This document shows, in pieces, positions 50,795-61,467 of a DNA stretch of 64,000 bases. Source of the DNA: Cyanidioschyzon merolae. Lineage: Eukaryota. The DNA lies in assembly GCA_000091205.1 (NCBI GenBank), contig AP006491.2; one strand, 5' to 3'. The stretch's first letter is position 1; every line of letters begins with the position of its first letter. Under the pieces are notes generated by a model. The model searched no databases and was not told where the DNA came from. It saw only the letters and a program-made list of their open reading frames with translations. The position numbers and the translations under genes were made by a program.

Positions 50795-52695
50795 GGTTAA
50801 AATGGAGCGCTGACCAGCTCGCTCTGGTCCTTCATCTCGATATTTCTCCGAACTTTTTTTAGATGTGTCGCAGCGGGATTCAATGTGCAGCAGGAAAAGA
50901 GAATGCGTCGATGCGCGGTTTTAGGATTCCCGGTCGGTTCTTCGGGGTATGATCCCTCGACGCTTTGCCGCTGGGATTTGTGATCGCCATTCGAATCAAG
51001 ACCATCCAAGACCGCGCTGAACAGCGGTCCGTAAAACAACCGATGCCATCATCCAACTCATGTGTACAAGCCTCTGCTCTTCTCCTTTTCTGACGCGTAG
51101 CAGGCTCAAATCACCCATTCTACAAATTATCGATCTTTCTACATGAGCGCAGCTCGTGTGCGCTGCACCTCGCGCAGCAACACTCACAAGAAGAAAAGCT
51201 CGACATCGACCCGTGACGACTTGCTCTCAAGCACACTCCGAAACTTCAACGAAGTCCTCAGGTCAAATTGGAACCCACTCCGTTCGTACGACCCACCCTT
51301 CCCTCTTTGTGGCTAGCGACGCGTCGACACTCGACAGCAGCAGCACGACATCGCTCACGGGATGCGCTTCCGGGCGCTCCCGTCTCTTCAGTTTGTAAGG
51401 AAGGGGGCCCTTGGACTCGGAATTCAGTCCTCGCATCGATCGCCTCCGATGGAGGGTGCGTCACCATTTCGCACAAAGAGACCGTTCGCTTGTCAAAGTG
51501 TCTCGGCTTGCTCTCCCGCCTGGATCTTCCGTTCAGTGCTTGTTCCATCACGGACCAGATCGCAATCAGCATATCCGCTTCTGTTCGGAACACAGCAGAG
51601 AGTTTAAACAGGTCGTCGTATACACCCAACTTGTTTCGTATGCTGCAACTCGATTGAGAATGTCTCCGCAGCAGTGAGGAACGGGTTCAGGGAAGCAAAT
51701 GCTCGTTTCGATCTCTCGACTTGTCCTCGACACGCACTGGTGCCCGACGCTCTTGGTGCCGAGACTGCGGCCACCGGGCTCGGCGGCGGTCCACAGAAAT
51801 CTCCAGCTCAGGTGCCGGAAAGTTTCCAACCGCCCTCATAAACCAAGGCCACCTACATAGCGCCGTCGAGCGCTTCATGAGGCGCGTCCTGCGAGCTTCA
51901 TGCCTGTTGTTCCCTCCGTTCACCGGCCCCAAACAATAGGGACTGGTGTGTAGGAGGCCTGCGGACGTCGATGGAGGCCAGCGCCGACCTGGCAGCCGCG
52001 GAGGACATCGAACTGGTAGCGAGTGTGGAAGAGGTGCCGCAACGAGTACGAGAGGCGCCTCGGATCGTCGGAGCTCGTGGCGTTGGTCTCGACCTCGCAG
52101 CGACGGACGACGTATCTAAAAGATGGTCGGAACGTGGTGTCTGTCCTTGTTGCGCCTTGTGCGATCTATCTACTAGAGCATACACCGAGAGCAGGCATGG
52201 ATGCCCCGAGATGCCCATCGATGAGCCGAGCACGTTGTCCACGCACCAGGGGCACGGATGCACGCTGAAACCGAGAGAGAAGAAGAGCGTGAACCAGAGC
52301 CGCATGCACGAGATGGTGAACGGTACGTTCATCGAATGTCAGATGAGGAGGCAATCGAAAGCGAGGTGCTTTCTACGGAGTGCTTCTGAAAGCAGTCACG
52401 GGCGCAAGCACTTTCTGCGGCGACCCTTGAACGCCTCGATCGACATCCGGAACTGTCTCGTGCTTCGGGGGCGCGTAGCGGGTCTGTTTCGAGTGAAGCT
52501 TCCGTGGAAACGGTTAGCACTTGTTTGAACATTGTGCTGAATGTCTGAGGCGTTTCGATTGAGAAAATCAGTGTCCAGGAGTGAGGACATTGGACTCTCG
52601 ACGGAAGCAAGGCACTGGTATCATCCAGGCAGCATTCTCGAATGGCTGGTGCGGCGTCTATATTTAGATACAACGAGAACGTTTCCCCTGTGCAA
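50795..52695 (+). repeat. Dispersed repeat family 1, copy B (~1.9 kb)
   Basis: Collinear with copy A. It carries a 24-bp insertion at about 51145 (shared with copy C) and extends 15 bp further at the 3' end (gtttcccctgtgcaa). Confidence 0.85.
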
Positions 52696-53004
52696 TTGGT
52701 GTGCTATAAAGGTGCTCCACCCTCCGATACTACTAAGCATCCGATTGAGGAAGGTACCTTGCATGATAAACAATCTGATGCGATACGAGGCCGCCCGGTT
52801 GCACAGCGTATGCTCAGCGATCCGAGGGGAAGACCATTCCGCGCAGCTGGGACTTGTGCATATCTGGGATGCAGAAATGCTTATTTTCCTAATTTCCCGG
52901 GGAACATGTGAATCTGGAGTACCAGGTAGGCTCAGGGATACGATCCGCCATTTACGGCTCCCGTACGAAACGCTCACAGCTCGCCCGCTCATAGCAAGTA
53001 CGAC

Positions 53005-54864
53005 ATGGACCACGGCGGTAGCGACACATGCGTGCACCCGTTCAGCGAAGTCGGTACATATATTGACAATAATGGATATTTGGGGAGCACCTTGATGACA
53101 ATGGCAGGCTTGGGCAACGCAGGTGCCTGCGCGCGTATACTGTTGGTCGAGTGGTGTGGTAACGAGTACGTTGTTCGGACGGCAACAGATAATAAGTGGG
53201 CGTCTCCCCCACGGGGCTTGTGCTTTGGTTTGAGTATGGAAGCGTCTGATGAGCGTACTCAGATCAAGAGGCGGCTTCAGGGGCGGACGACCTCTTTGTC
53301 ACGGGCGAAAGAACGAGCAACGTTTGAGCGAAAGCGCTCCGGTCCGGGGAACGTTCAGCGCGATTCTGCAGTGAGGGGAGAAAGATATTCGAACTATTCC
53401 GACTTTATACGAGGGCTGCACAAAATGCTTAACCTCGAAGAGTCTGATAACCACATAGAAGAACGCACGCTGCGTTTGTTTTGGAGACGCACGGAAGGCG
53501 TGTTCGCCAGTGTCAGGGATATTGTGGTAAAGGTGCTTCAAAATCGCTCTCAGCCGCCGATCAACGAGACCGTTCTGCGGTTTGTGCTTTTTCCTGATCT
53601 TCCGCGAGACGTTGTCTGCAAGATTCCTTTAGAGATAATAGAATACGTTGCCGCACTCGTGGAAACGAGTGGCTTTCGGTTTCTTCAGAACATTCGAGTA
53701 GGTCACCTGACGGACGAACGCGTACAGTTAAGTAAACGCTTGGAGCACATCCAAAAGATTGCCTCACGCGAAAGCGTTACAAGCCACGGTGACCTGCAGA
53801 GCGATGGGGTCCGCACAACGAGCGCGTCGTCTCCCCTGCAACCCGAAGAGAAGCCGCGTCTGTTTTTGCCCCTCGTCTCGGAGGACGTACGCGACAAGTT
53901 ACCTGTGTTTGTGAAAGATTTCATCGTGAAGAATTTGCCTCGCCGTATGAGTATCGCATTCGATGATACGATTGCACTCTGGCTACTGAACATCGAAGCC
54001 CCAGAACAAATGTGTTTGCTGTTGCAGCGGGTTCTTGATTACCTCGAGCGGAACGAGGACAAGATCCCGAAGCGTTGCGGCATGACCGAGAGGATTTTAT
54101 ACGCGCTCGAGGCCACATCTGAGGAGACCATTGAAAACATACTATCACAGCCTGGAGACGCATTTTACCCTACCGCGCGTCTCCAGTGGTTTCGGCCACG
54201 GCCTGTCACCGATGAGGAGTGGATCCAGTGGTGCGAAATCCTTGACCGCGACTGCGACACTTGGCTTCGAGCGTTATGTCAAGAATTAGATCCAGCGAAT
54301 GAAGTGACCGAGGATGAGCTTCGGGAGTATTTCGAGAGTTTGCAGCCACCGTTTCTAGCAGAAGCCCTGCGGAATGAATCGGATCGAACCATCGCACTGC
54401 AAGCTGGTAACAGCGTACCGGCCACTGCGGCATTAGCTGGAGAATCTTGGTCATGCGTCTTGCACGATGATGAAAACCGCCCCATAGAGGTCCTTGTACG
54501 GGCCCCATTCTTGGATGCCGGGCGGCTTGATGAGGAGCGAGCCCGGTTTCCGCAAATGTTGTTCGCTCAAGGTCGGGAACACGTCGACAGGGACTGGCTC
54601 ATTCGTATTTTCGGCGCTGCATCAGTGGTCTTTGTACTGATGCCCACACGGGATGCGGTGAAAGAGTCCAGATCAAGGTTCGCTGATCTGTTCGACGAGC
54701 TAACCTCAACAGATTCAGCGCTGAAGGTGCCGATTCCGCAACGAGCTCGTATGCTTCTAATTGTGCCCGCCAATGAACGCGTACTGACTCTGCATCCGGA
54801 CCTACGCCGTTACGCCCCGGGGCCCCAAGTCCTTCTTGCTTCTCGGGTACGCATTGAGACATAG
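53005..54864 (+). CDS. Hypothetical protein, no recognisable domain
   Basis: Long uninterrupted ORF (619 aa) with ordinary, non-repetitive composition. The start is uncertain (possible Met at about 53236, MEASDERTQ). Confidence 0.4.
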   Translation: MDHGGSDTCVHPFSEVGTYIDNNGYLGSTLMTMAGLGNAGACARILLVEWCGNEYVVRTATDNKWASPPRGLCFGLSMEASDERTQIKRRLQGRTTSLSRAKERATFERKRSGPGNVQRDSAVRGERYSNYSDFIRGLHKMLNLEESDNHIEERTLRLFWRRTEGVFASVRDIVVKVLQNRSQPPINETVLRFVLFPDLPRDVVCKIPLEIIEYVAALVETSGFRFLQNIRVGHLTDERVQLSKRLEHIQKIASRESVTSHGDLQSDGVRTTSASSPLQPEEKPRLFLPLVSEDVRDKLPVFVKDFIVKNLPRRMSIAFDDTIALWLLNIEAPEQMCLLLQRVLDYLERNEDKIPKRCGMTERILYALEATSEETIENILSQPGDAFYPTARLQWFRPRPVTDEEWIQWCEILDRDCDTWLRALCQELDPANEVTEDELREYFESLQPPFLAEALRNESDRTIALQAGNSVPATAALAGESWSCVLHDDENRPIEVLVRAPFLDAGRLDEERARFPQMLFAQGREHVDRDWLIRIFGAASVVFVLMPTRDAVKESRSRFADLFDELTSTDSALKVPIPQRARMLLIVPANERVLTLHPDLRRYAPGPQVLLASRVRIET

Positions 54865-55031
54865 CCGGGCCATCGTGCTTGACTGTTTGCGGCTCGCTTA
54901 GGCGCTCCTTCCCTCTTGAAAATTTTGTATGAGGGCAAATGCCGAGAGTGTCTGGAAGATTGCCGCGCTCTAGAGGCTGCTATATTGATCGTTTCGCTGC
55001 CACACCAACGCTTCTCAAAGGCGGCGATCTT

Positions 55032-55748
55032 TCAATGTGTGTTGTCCTCAGGTTCGGGAAGCAGGTCCTTGCTGATGCCGTCCGGCTTCCTGCGAAAGGA
55101 AGACGAGATCGGTGCTCCATGGTCTCCGCTACCTTGACCCTGGTGGTTTGCACGCGCTCCCTGATTGTGACCCTCACTGGCGCCCGACATGGGGACTGGT
55201 TTATTCAGAATCAGCACGGAACCCTTGAAGGGACTCACAGCAACTTCAAAGTGCGTGCGAACGACGCCTTTCGCGTCCGTCCACTGACGACTCTGAAGTC
55301 TGCCTTCAACGTAAACTTGATAACCCTTGCGACAGGCGTTTTGTATGATCTCTCCCAACTTTGAATCATAGATTGCAATATTATGCCACTGGGTCAACAC
55401 CTGGGAACTTGCGTTTTGACTCGAGGTAAACTCTTTCGTGGCCAGCGGAAACAACGTCACCGTACTTCCGTCTGCTGTGAGTTGTCTCGTGACGGGGTCC
55501 CGACCGACGTGCCCAACGAGCAAAACACGATTAACGCTCGCTACTGAAGCCCGAGCTTGAGCCACACCAGAGTTCATTTGCGTCGCCGACGTTTTGAAGC
55601 GCTCCCGAGCGACTGTCGTGTTGGCGCCTTCATCACCCTCAGCAAAAGGATTTATATACTCCGGACCTGACGTTACAGAGCGCAAGGGTATGCCCCGCAA
55701 CGAAAGTGCAGTTCGCGCCTTCCATAGCGCACGAATCGAGGCCTGCAT
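55032..55748 (-). CDS. Single-stranded DNA-binding protein, organellar (mitochondrial-type SSB, OB fold)
   Basis: The core NRVLLVGHVGRDPVTRQLTADGSTVTLFPLATKE...WHNIAIYDSKLGEIIQNACRKGYQVYVEGRLQSRQWTDAKGVVRTHFEVAV is bacterial/mitochondrial SSB-like (N.V.L.G.L..DPE.R....G..v..f.lAt...W....W..v.....LAE....YL.KG..VyVEG.L.tr.w.d..G..r...eV). It has an about 80-aa N-terminal presequence and a Gly/Gln-rich tail. Confidence 0.75.
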   Translation of the reverse strand: MQASIRALWKARTALSLRGIPLRSVTSGPEYINPFAEGDEGANTTVARERFKTSATQMNSGVAQARASVASVNRVLLVGHVGRDPVTRQLTADGSTVTLFPLATKEFTSSQNASSQVLTQWHNIAIYDSKLGEIIQNACRKGYQVYVEGRLQSRQWTDAKGVVRTHFEVAVSPFKGSVLILNKPVPMSGASEGHNQGARANHQGQGSGDHGAPISSSFRRKPDGISKDLLPEPEDNTH

Positions 55749-56523
55749 AAAATAAACCTTAGGTATGCCGCTCGAAACGCAAAGGCGCTGCGGAACAGCA
55801 CATATTGAACGGGAACGATGGCAGCGTTCGCAAGTTCTGTCGCGATATGTATCTAACTACATAGTTCTGATCTGAAATGGCTGCTTTGAAAGACGGCCAA
55901 TCGCGAAACGCCTCAGCTGAGACATCGACCGAATGCTACCGTACAAGTCTGTTTTCTTAGTGATCGCTCCGAAGGGCAGCACTTCCCGAAACAACTCTGC
56001 AGAGACATCGAGCCGAGATCTGCAGATGTTCTCGCAACAAGGTTTTGCCTTGAGGTCATGCACGCAAGGTCGCCGGTTTCAGCGCTCGGCAGTGCACGAG
56101 AGGCTTTGCTCCAGCAATAGAATAGATCAGTCCGAACCCAATGTTTTGGCAAGGATGTGAGCCATGCAACAACGCGCGCGTATCCGGAAAGAGTCTAGCG
56201 GGGGAAGGGGGTTCATAATCGTTCCCCCATTCGACCGAGCGCTCTATACTCGTCCATGGGGAAGGCTCAACTATGCTACACGTCTTGCTATACAGCAGGG
56301 CGCTCGGATAAGCCGTTAGATTCCTCGAAGCTGCATTTAAAAGTTAAGCTTGCTGATTGCGGCGCTTGGGCTCGACATGCGTCGCCTTTGCACGCTCCGG
56401 GCCACCTCAATGAAACAGTTATACTAGACTGGGTGCCTATTTGCGAGGCGTTTGACGCATGGCTCGCGAGATGAACCTACCTGACCACAAATTTATCATC
56501 TATTCAGTACAACGAAAAACGTT

Positions 56524-57108
56524 TCACGACCATGGAGGATAAGCTAACACCCACTCGGTGACGCATCCCAGCTTTTTTTGACCGGCCGCCTGCGATCGAT
56601 TTCCGTTTCTCTTTGTATACTTCGAGCTTGAAAGGCTGCCCACGAAGTTACATCGCGTATGCTTCTTGTGTCTCGTTGTAAGTTTAACACATCGTCTGAT
56701 ATTGATAGCAGCGTTAAAGTCTCCATTCACGAGATCCATGAGTTTACTGCCGCTGGTTGAACTCACCAATGAGAGGATTCCTTCAACTCGTGCCCTCTGT
56801 GCCACTTCTATCTCGTCATCGCTCCTTTGGACAAACAACTTTGCTCGCCTATCTCCGCTCTTCTTCTTCTCCTTCATCATTTGCTCTTCTTCGTTCCATG
56901 GCAGGCAAGAAGAGGATTTTTGCATCGTTTGCCTGCAGCCGGCGTTAACGGCGCTCCAGGATCCTCGGCTTCGGTATCCATAATTTTTCCTTGAATTTTT
57001 TATTTTTGAAAACAACCGCACTTCGAATGCATCTGCTATGAACCGCAAAAAGGCATTTGATGACACGTCCCTTGGGATGGAACCCAACTGGGGTGCAAGA
57101 CCGCACAC
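56524..57108 (-). pseudogene. TnpB/Fanzor-like 3' gene fragment (copy 2), 5'-truncated and frameshifted
   Basis: ...AGC-x10-C...DDEIEVAQRARVEGILSLVSSTSGSKLMDLVNGDFNAAINIRRCVKLTTRHKKHTRCNFVG aligns with copy 1 (…EEQMERRAQVRGLLALVSITTNGKKRMEFVNRDFNAALNIRTCVVLQTRPPEWTRENFVGQ). A 1-bp deletion after NFVG breaks the conserved C-terminus (…VEVYxEKL…GGRSK). Confidence 0.6.
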
Positions 57109-57342
57109 ACACGATCATGGGCTCTCGCACAGCAGCCGCTTTCGTTACGCGAACTGAATAGAGCAGAGAGGTCTTCACAGGTGATGACGCGCAGACGCGC
57201 ATCTGTACACATATGGACAATACGGTCTACGCCAGTGTTACTGCTAATACCGATTCGGTTAGCGCCTTGACTGAAACATTCTCAACGAGATAGATCTGCA
57301 GGGTGGTGCTGCGGCGGCCTCAAGGCGCTGCCTTACCTCTAC

Positions 57343-59325
57343 TTGATGCTGGTCCCTTTGACTAAGTCGGTATGTTTCGTCAGCAGCTGCAATAAAGCTG
57401 GTTCCCTGCTGGTCAGTGAATCCCGCAAAGGCACTTGTGTGAGAAAGCGGCAGCACGCAGCAAACTCGGGTTTTACGCAGCGAAGGAACTGCCTTCAGCT
57501 CTGTCTCAGTTGGCAGGATGAGTTGCTTCGGAGTTGTCTGAACGCACTTTCTTGGCTGCGAGGGCAAAAGGATGCCGAGCGGAACGCTGCAACTTGGGCA
57601 CGCCCGGCGTTCGCTGAAGGCTGGTTCGCCACCAACGTGTTCCAGGTGCGCCAGAGCCAGACGGATCCTGAAGTTGCCTCTTTCCTCTGGTCGAGCAAGG
57701 GGCTTGCTGATGAATATGCGAGTGTTGTCGGCACTGCGCCCGTTTCCAAGGACGGGCGATACTTTATCGTCAGACTAGACGTTAGTGGTGAGTGCTTCCG
57801 AAGCCACGTCCTTCCAGGCCAGTTTATTCAGATAGAGAGCCCTGTGGATACCGGCCGGCGGTTTCTAGCGACGATAGCATCACCTCCACGAAACGCTGCT
57901 GGTCAGTTTGAGATTCTGCTCGACAGAGATAAGCTCGCTGGGCGCTGGTTCCGAACCCGTATGGAGGCACCACGAACGGGCGACAAAGTTCGGATCTCGA
58001 AAGCACTTGGGCGCGGCATTGCGCTGCCTCACGGCCCGATACCTGCGGAGCTTTTCCTTTTCGCTGACCATTTTCATGGCTTTGCAGCAGCAAACTCGCT
58101 TTTCGAATGGGATGACTGGCGTCGTTGCAGCGGTGAAGGGACAGTCCGCAAGTGTCAAGTTCGAGCCGTGTTCTTCGTAGATCGTTTGGAGAATGTGCCA
58201 TTCAGTTTCCGTTTTCCATTATGGATCGCATACGGCATTCAGATGTGCTTGCAGCAGCGGGACGCGGACTTAGAGGATTTAGTTCAAAAGCGGATACTAG
58301 ATGTCGGTAAGCCGGAGAGCACAGCAGCTCTGATTTGTGTCGGAAATAGTGCATTTGAGCGACAAATTCATACGCTTCTTCGTGGGCGAGGGCTCAGAGA
58401 GTCTGCCATTGCCGAAATCACCCAACGCACGATGATGGCGGATATGTCTCTGCTGAACCAGACGCAGATCAGGAACGTTGGCGCATCGAATATCGCTACC
58501 GCTAACGAGAGTGCTGATCGGTACGATGCGAGGTTCTCGAGCCGCCCCCACGCTCCAGGAGAGTATGCGGCGACCCCGCATGCGTGGCAAGTCCGGGTAT
58601 GGGGCGCAGCTACACAACCCCAGAGTCAGTCGCAAACATTTCGTATATGGTCTCGCCCCGAAGATCTCAACCCCGCTTCTGGTGGTGACGATGATCACAA
58701 CGCGGTAGCGTCGACGTCATCAAACTCTGCGAGGCACTTTGACGGAGTCGAGCATAACGGAGCGGCTGTTGAAGATGAAGTAACTGATGGTTATTACGAA
58801 GAAGAAGAGAATGATGATGATGATGATGAATGGGAGCGATGGTTCGCTGCGAATACCGAGTCCTGGTCTGTCCGTTTCGACGACGATATCTGGAATAGCT
58901 ATTGGAAAAGTTGGGAGCAGGAGCAAGCTCGTTGGACTGCTGCCGGCGGTGACTGGACAGAGTATGCTCAGGACAGCTGGCGTGGCAACGCTAATAGTTA
59001 TCAATCTAATACGAATCGAAGGGATGATTGGGGCCGCGGTGCATATGGCGGGAACGATGGAAACACCAGGGGTCATCAAGGCGGGAGCGATCGCGGGTTT
59101 GCAGCGACCTTTGGCAGCATGGATCTGTATGCTGTTCTGGGGGTCTCCAGAACAGCCTCACATGCGGAAATCAAGAAGGCTTATCGCAAACTAGCCAGAG
59201 AATGGCATCCGGATATGCACAGGAACGAGAACGAGGAGGCCAAGCGACGAATGCAGCGCATTGTATTCGCCTACTCAGTCTTGCGTGATGAGTCGAGCCG
59301 TCGTCGCTATGATCTCGGCATATAG
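57343..59325 (+). CDS. Ferredoxin-NADP-reductase-like FAD/NAD(P)-binding oxidoreductase domain fused to a C-terminal DnaJ (J) domain
   Basis: 660 aa. The N-terminal FNR-type modules are PGQFIQIE...RRFLATIASPP (RxYS-like FAD motif) and KVRISKALGRGIALPHGPIPAELFLFADHFHGFAAANS (NAD-binding GxG-type segment). A central acidic stretch (EEEENDDDDDEWERW, W-rich) and a Gly/Asn-rich region follow. The C-terminal J domain is DLYAVLGVSRTASHAEIKKAYRKLAREWHPDMHRNENEEAKRRMQRIVFAYSVLRDESSRRRYD, with the HPD motif. Confidence 0.65.
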   Translation: MMLVPLTKSVCFVSSCNKAGSLLVSESRKGTCVRKRQHAANSGFTQRRNCLQLCLSWQDELLRSCLNALSWLRGQKDAERNAATWARPAFAEGWFATNVFQVRQSQTDPEVASFLWSSKGLADEYASVVGTAPVSKDGRYFIVRLDVSGECFRSHVLPGQFIQIESPVDTGRRFLATIASPPRNAAGQFEILLDRDKLAGRWFRTRMEAPRTGDKVRISKALGRGIALPHGPIPAELFLFADHFHGFAAANSLFEWDDWRRCSGEGTVRKCQVRAVFFVDRLENVPFSFRFPLWIAYGIQMCLQQRDADLEDLVQKRILDVGKPESTAALICVGNSAFERQIHTLLRGRGLRESAIAEITQRTMMADMSLLNQTQIRNVGASNIATANESADRYDARFSSRPHAPGEYAATPHAWQVRVWGAATQPQSQSQTFRIWSRPEDLNPASGGDDDHNAVASTSSNSARHFDGVEHNGAAVEDEVTDGYYEEEENDDDDDEWERWFAANTESWSVRFDDDIWNSYWKSWEQEQARWTAAGGDWTEYAQDSWRGNANSYQSNTNRRDDWGRGAYGGNDGNTRGHQGGSDRGFAATFGSMDLYAVLGVSRTASHAEIKKAYRKLAREWHPDMHRNENEEAKRRMQRIVFAYSVLRDESSRRRYDLGI

Positions 59326-59420
59326 TCGGTAATTTTCGGTAGAGTTTTAAAGGGTTCCGGGAGTATGGTATATTTATACTCAGTGATATCAAATAATATA
59401 CCACCATTCTCGTTCCCCAG

Positions 59421-61176
59421 TTGCACAGGGGAAACGTTCTCATTGTATCTAAATATAGACGCCGCACCAGCCATTCGAGAATGCTGCCTGGATGATACCA
59501 GTGCCTTGCTTCCGTCGAGAGTCCAATGTCCTCACTCCTGGACACTGATTTTCTCAATCGAAACGCCTCAGACATTCAGCACAATGTTCAAACAAGTGCT
59601 AACCGTTTCCACGGAAGCTTCACTCGAAACAGACCCGCTACGCGCCCCCGAAGCACGAGACAGTTCCGGATGTCGATCGAGGCGTTCAAGGGTCGCCGCA
59701 GAAAGTGCTTGCGCCCGTGACTGCTTTCAGAAGCACTCCGTAGAAAGCACCTCGCTTTCGATTGCCTCCTCATCTGACATTCGATGAACGTACCGTTCAC
59801 CATCTCGTGCATGCGGCTCTGGTTCACGCTCTTCTTCTCTCTCGGTTTCAGCGTGCATCCGTGCCCCTGGTGCGTGGACAACGTGCTCGGCTCATCGATG
59901 GGCATCTCGGGGCATCCATGCCTGCTCTCGGTGTATGCTCTAGTAGATAGATCGCACAAGGCGCAACAAGGACAGACACCACGTTCCGACCATCTTTTAG
60001 ATACGTCGTCCGTCGCTGCGAGGTCGAGACCAACGCCACGAGCTCCGACGATCCGAGGCGCCTCTCGTACTCGTTGCGGCACCTCTTCCACACTCGCTAC
60101 CAGTTCGATGTCCTCCGCGGCTGCCAGGTCGGCGCTGGCCTCCATCGACGTCCGCAGGCCTCCTACACACCAGTCCCTATTGTTTGGGGCCGGTGAACGG
60201 AGGGAACAACAGGCATGAAGCTCGCAGGACGCGCCTCATGAAGCGCTCGACGGCGCTATGTAGGTGGCCTTGGTTTATGAGGGCGGTTGGAAACTTTCCG
60301 GCACCTGAGCTGGAGATTTCTGTGGACCGCCGCCGAGCCGGTGGCCGCAGTCTCGGCACCAAGAGCGTCGGGCACCAGTGCGTGTCGAGGACAAGTCGAG
60401 AGATCGAAACGAGCATTTGCTTCCCTGAACCCGTTCCTCACTGCTGCGGAGACATTCTCAATCGAGTTGCAGCATACGAAACAAGTTGGGTGTATACGAC
60501 GACCTGTTTAAACTCTCTGCTGTGTTCCGAACAGAAGCGGATATGCTGATTGCGATCTGGTCCGTGATGGAACAAGCACTGAACGGAAGATCCAGGCGGG
60601 AGAGCAAGCCGAGACACTTTGACAAGCGAACGGTCTCTTTGTGCGAAATGGTGACGCACCCTCCATCGGAGGCGATCGATGCGAGGACTGAATTCCGAGT
60701 CCAAGGGCCCCCTTCCTTACAAACTGAAGAGACGGGAGCGCCCGGAAGCGCATCCCGTGAGCGATGTCGTGCTGCTGCTGTCGAGTGTCGACGCGTCGAT
60801 AGCCACCAAGAGGGAGGGGTGGATCGTACGAACGGAGTGGGTTCTAGTTTGACCTGACGACTTCGTTGAAGTTTCGGAGGGTGCTTGAGAGCAAGTCGTC
60901 ACGGGTCGATGTCGAGCTTTTCTTCTTGTGAGTGTTGCTGCGCGAGGTGCAGCGCACACGAGCTGCGCTCATGTAGAAAGATCGATAATTTGTAGAATGG
61001 GTGATTTGAGCCTGCTACGCGTCAGAAAAGGAGAAGAGCAGAGGCTTGTACACATGAGTTGGATGATGGCATCGGTTGTTTTACGGACCGCTGTTCAGCG
61101 CGGTCTTGGATGGTCTTGATTCGAATGGCGATCACAAATCCCAGCGGCAAAGCGTCGAGGGATCATACCCCGAAGA
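59421..61176 (-). repeat. Dispersed repeat family 1, copy C (inverted, about 125 bp truncated at the element 5' end)
   Basis: Reverse complement of copy B from the 3' terminus (ttgcacaggggaaac = rc of gtttcccctgtgcaa) to the position corresponding to B about 50945. The encoded short ORFs are identical to those in A and B. Confidence 0.85.
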
Positions 61177-61467
61177 GTTGCAAAAGATTCTTAAATTACT
61201 CATGAATCCGCAAACCCATATTCCTGCGCTTCGAATTTCGAGGTTACACATCTAGACAAAAGCGCGGCAAAAGGATGGAAGAGCAGGAACACAGCGAGCA
61301 CCTCCGTCCTCCAAATTGAACTGGCACGAGTTCAGCGCTCAGGCGTACACCCACATCTCGACCGCGGCATTTAGAGATTACCATCCATAAGCGCCCTGCT
61401 CTGCCGTACATGATTTGTATTCTGGCTGGGTTCGCATATCAACGGCTCGACCTTAGTATCATCAAGC

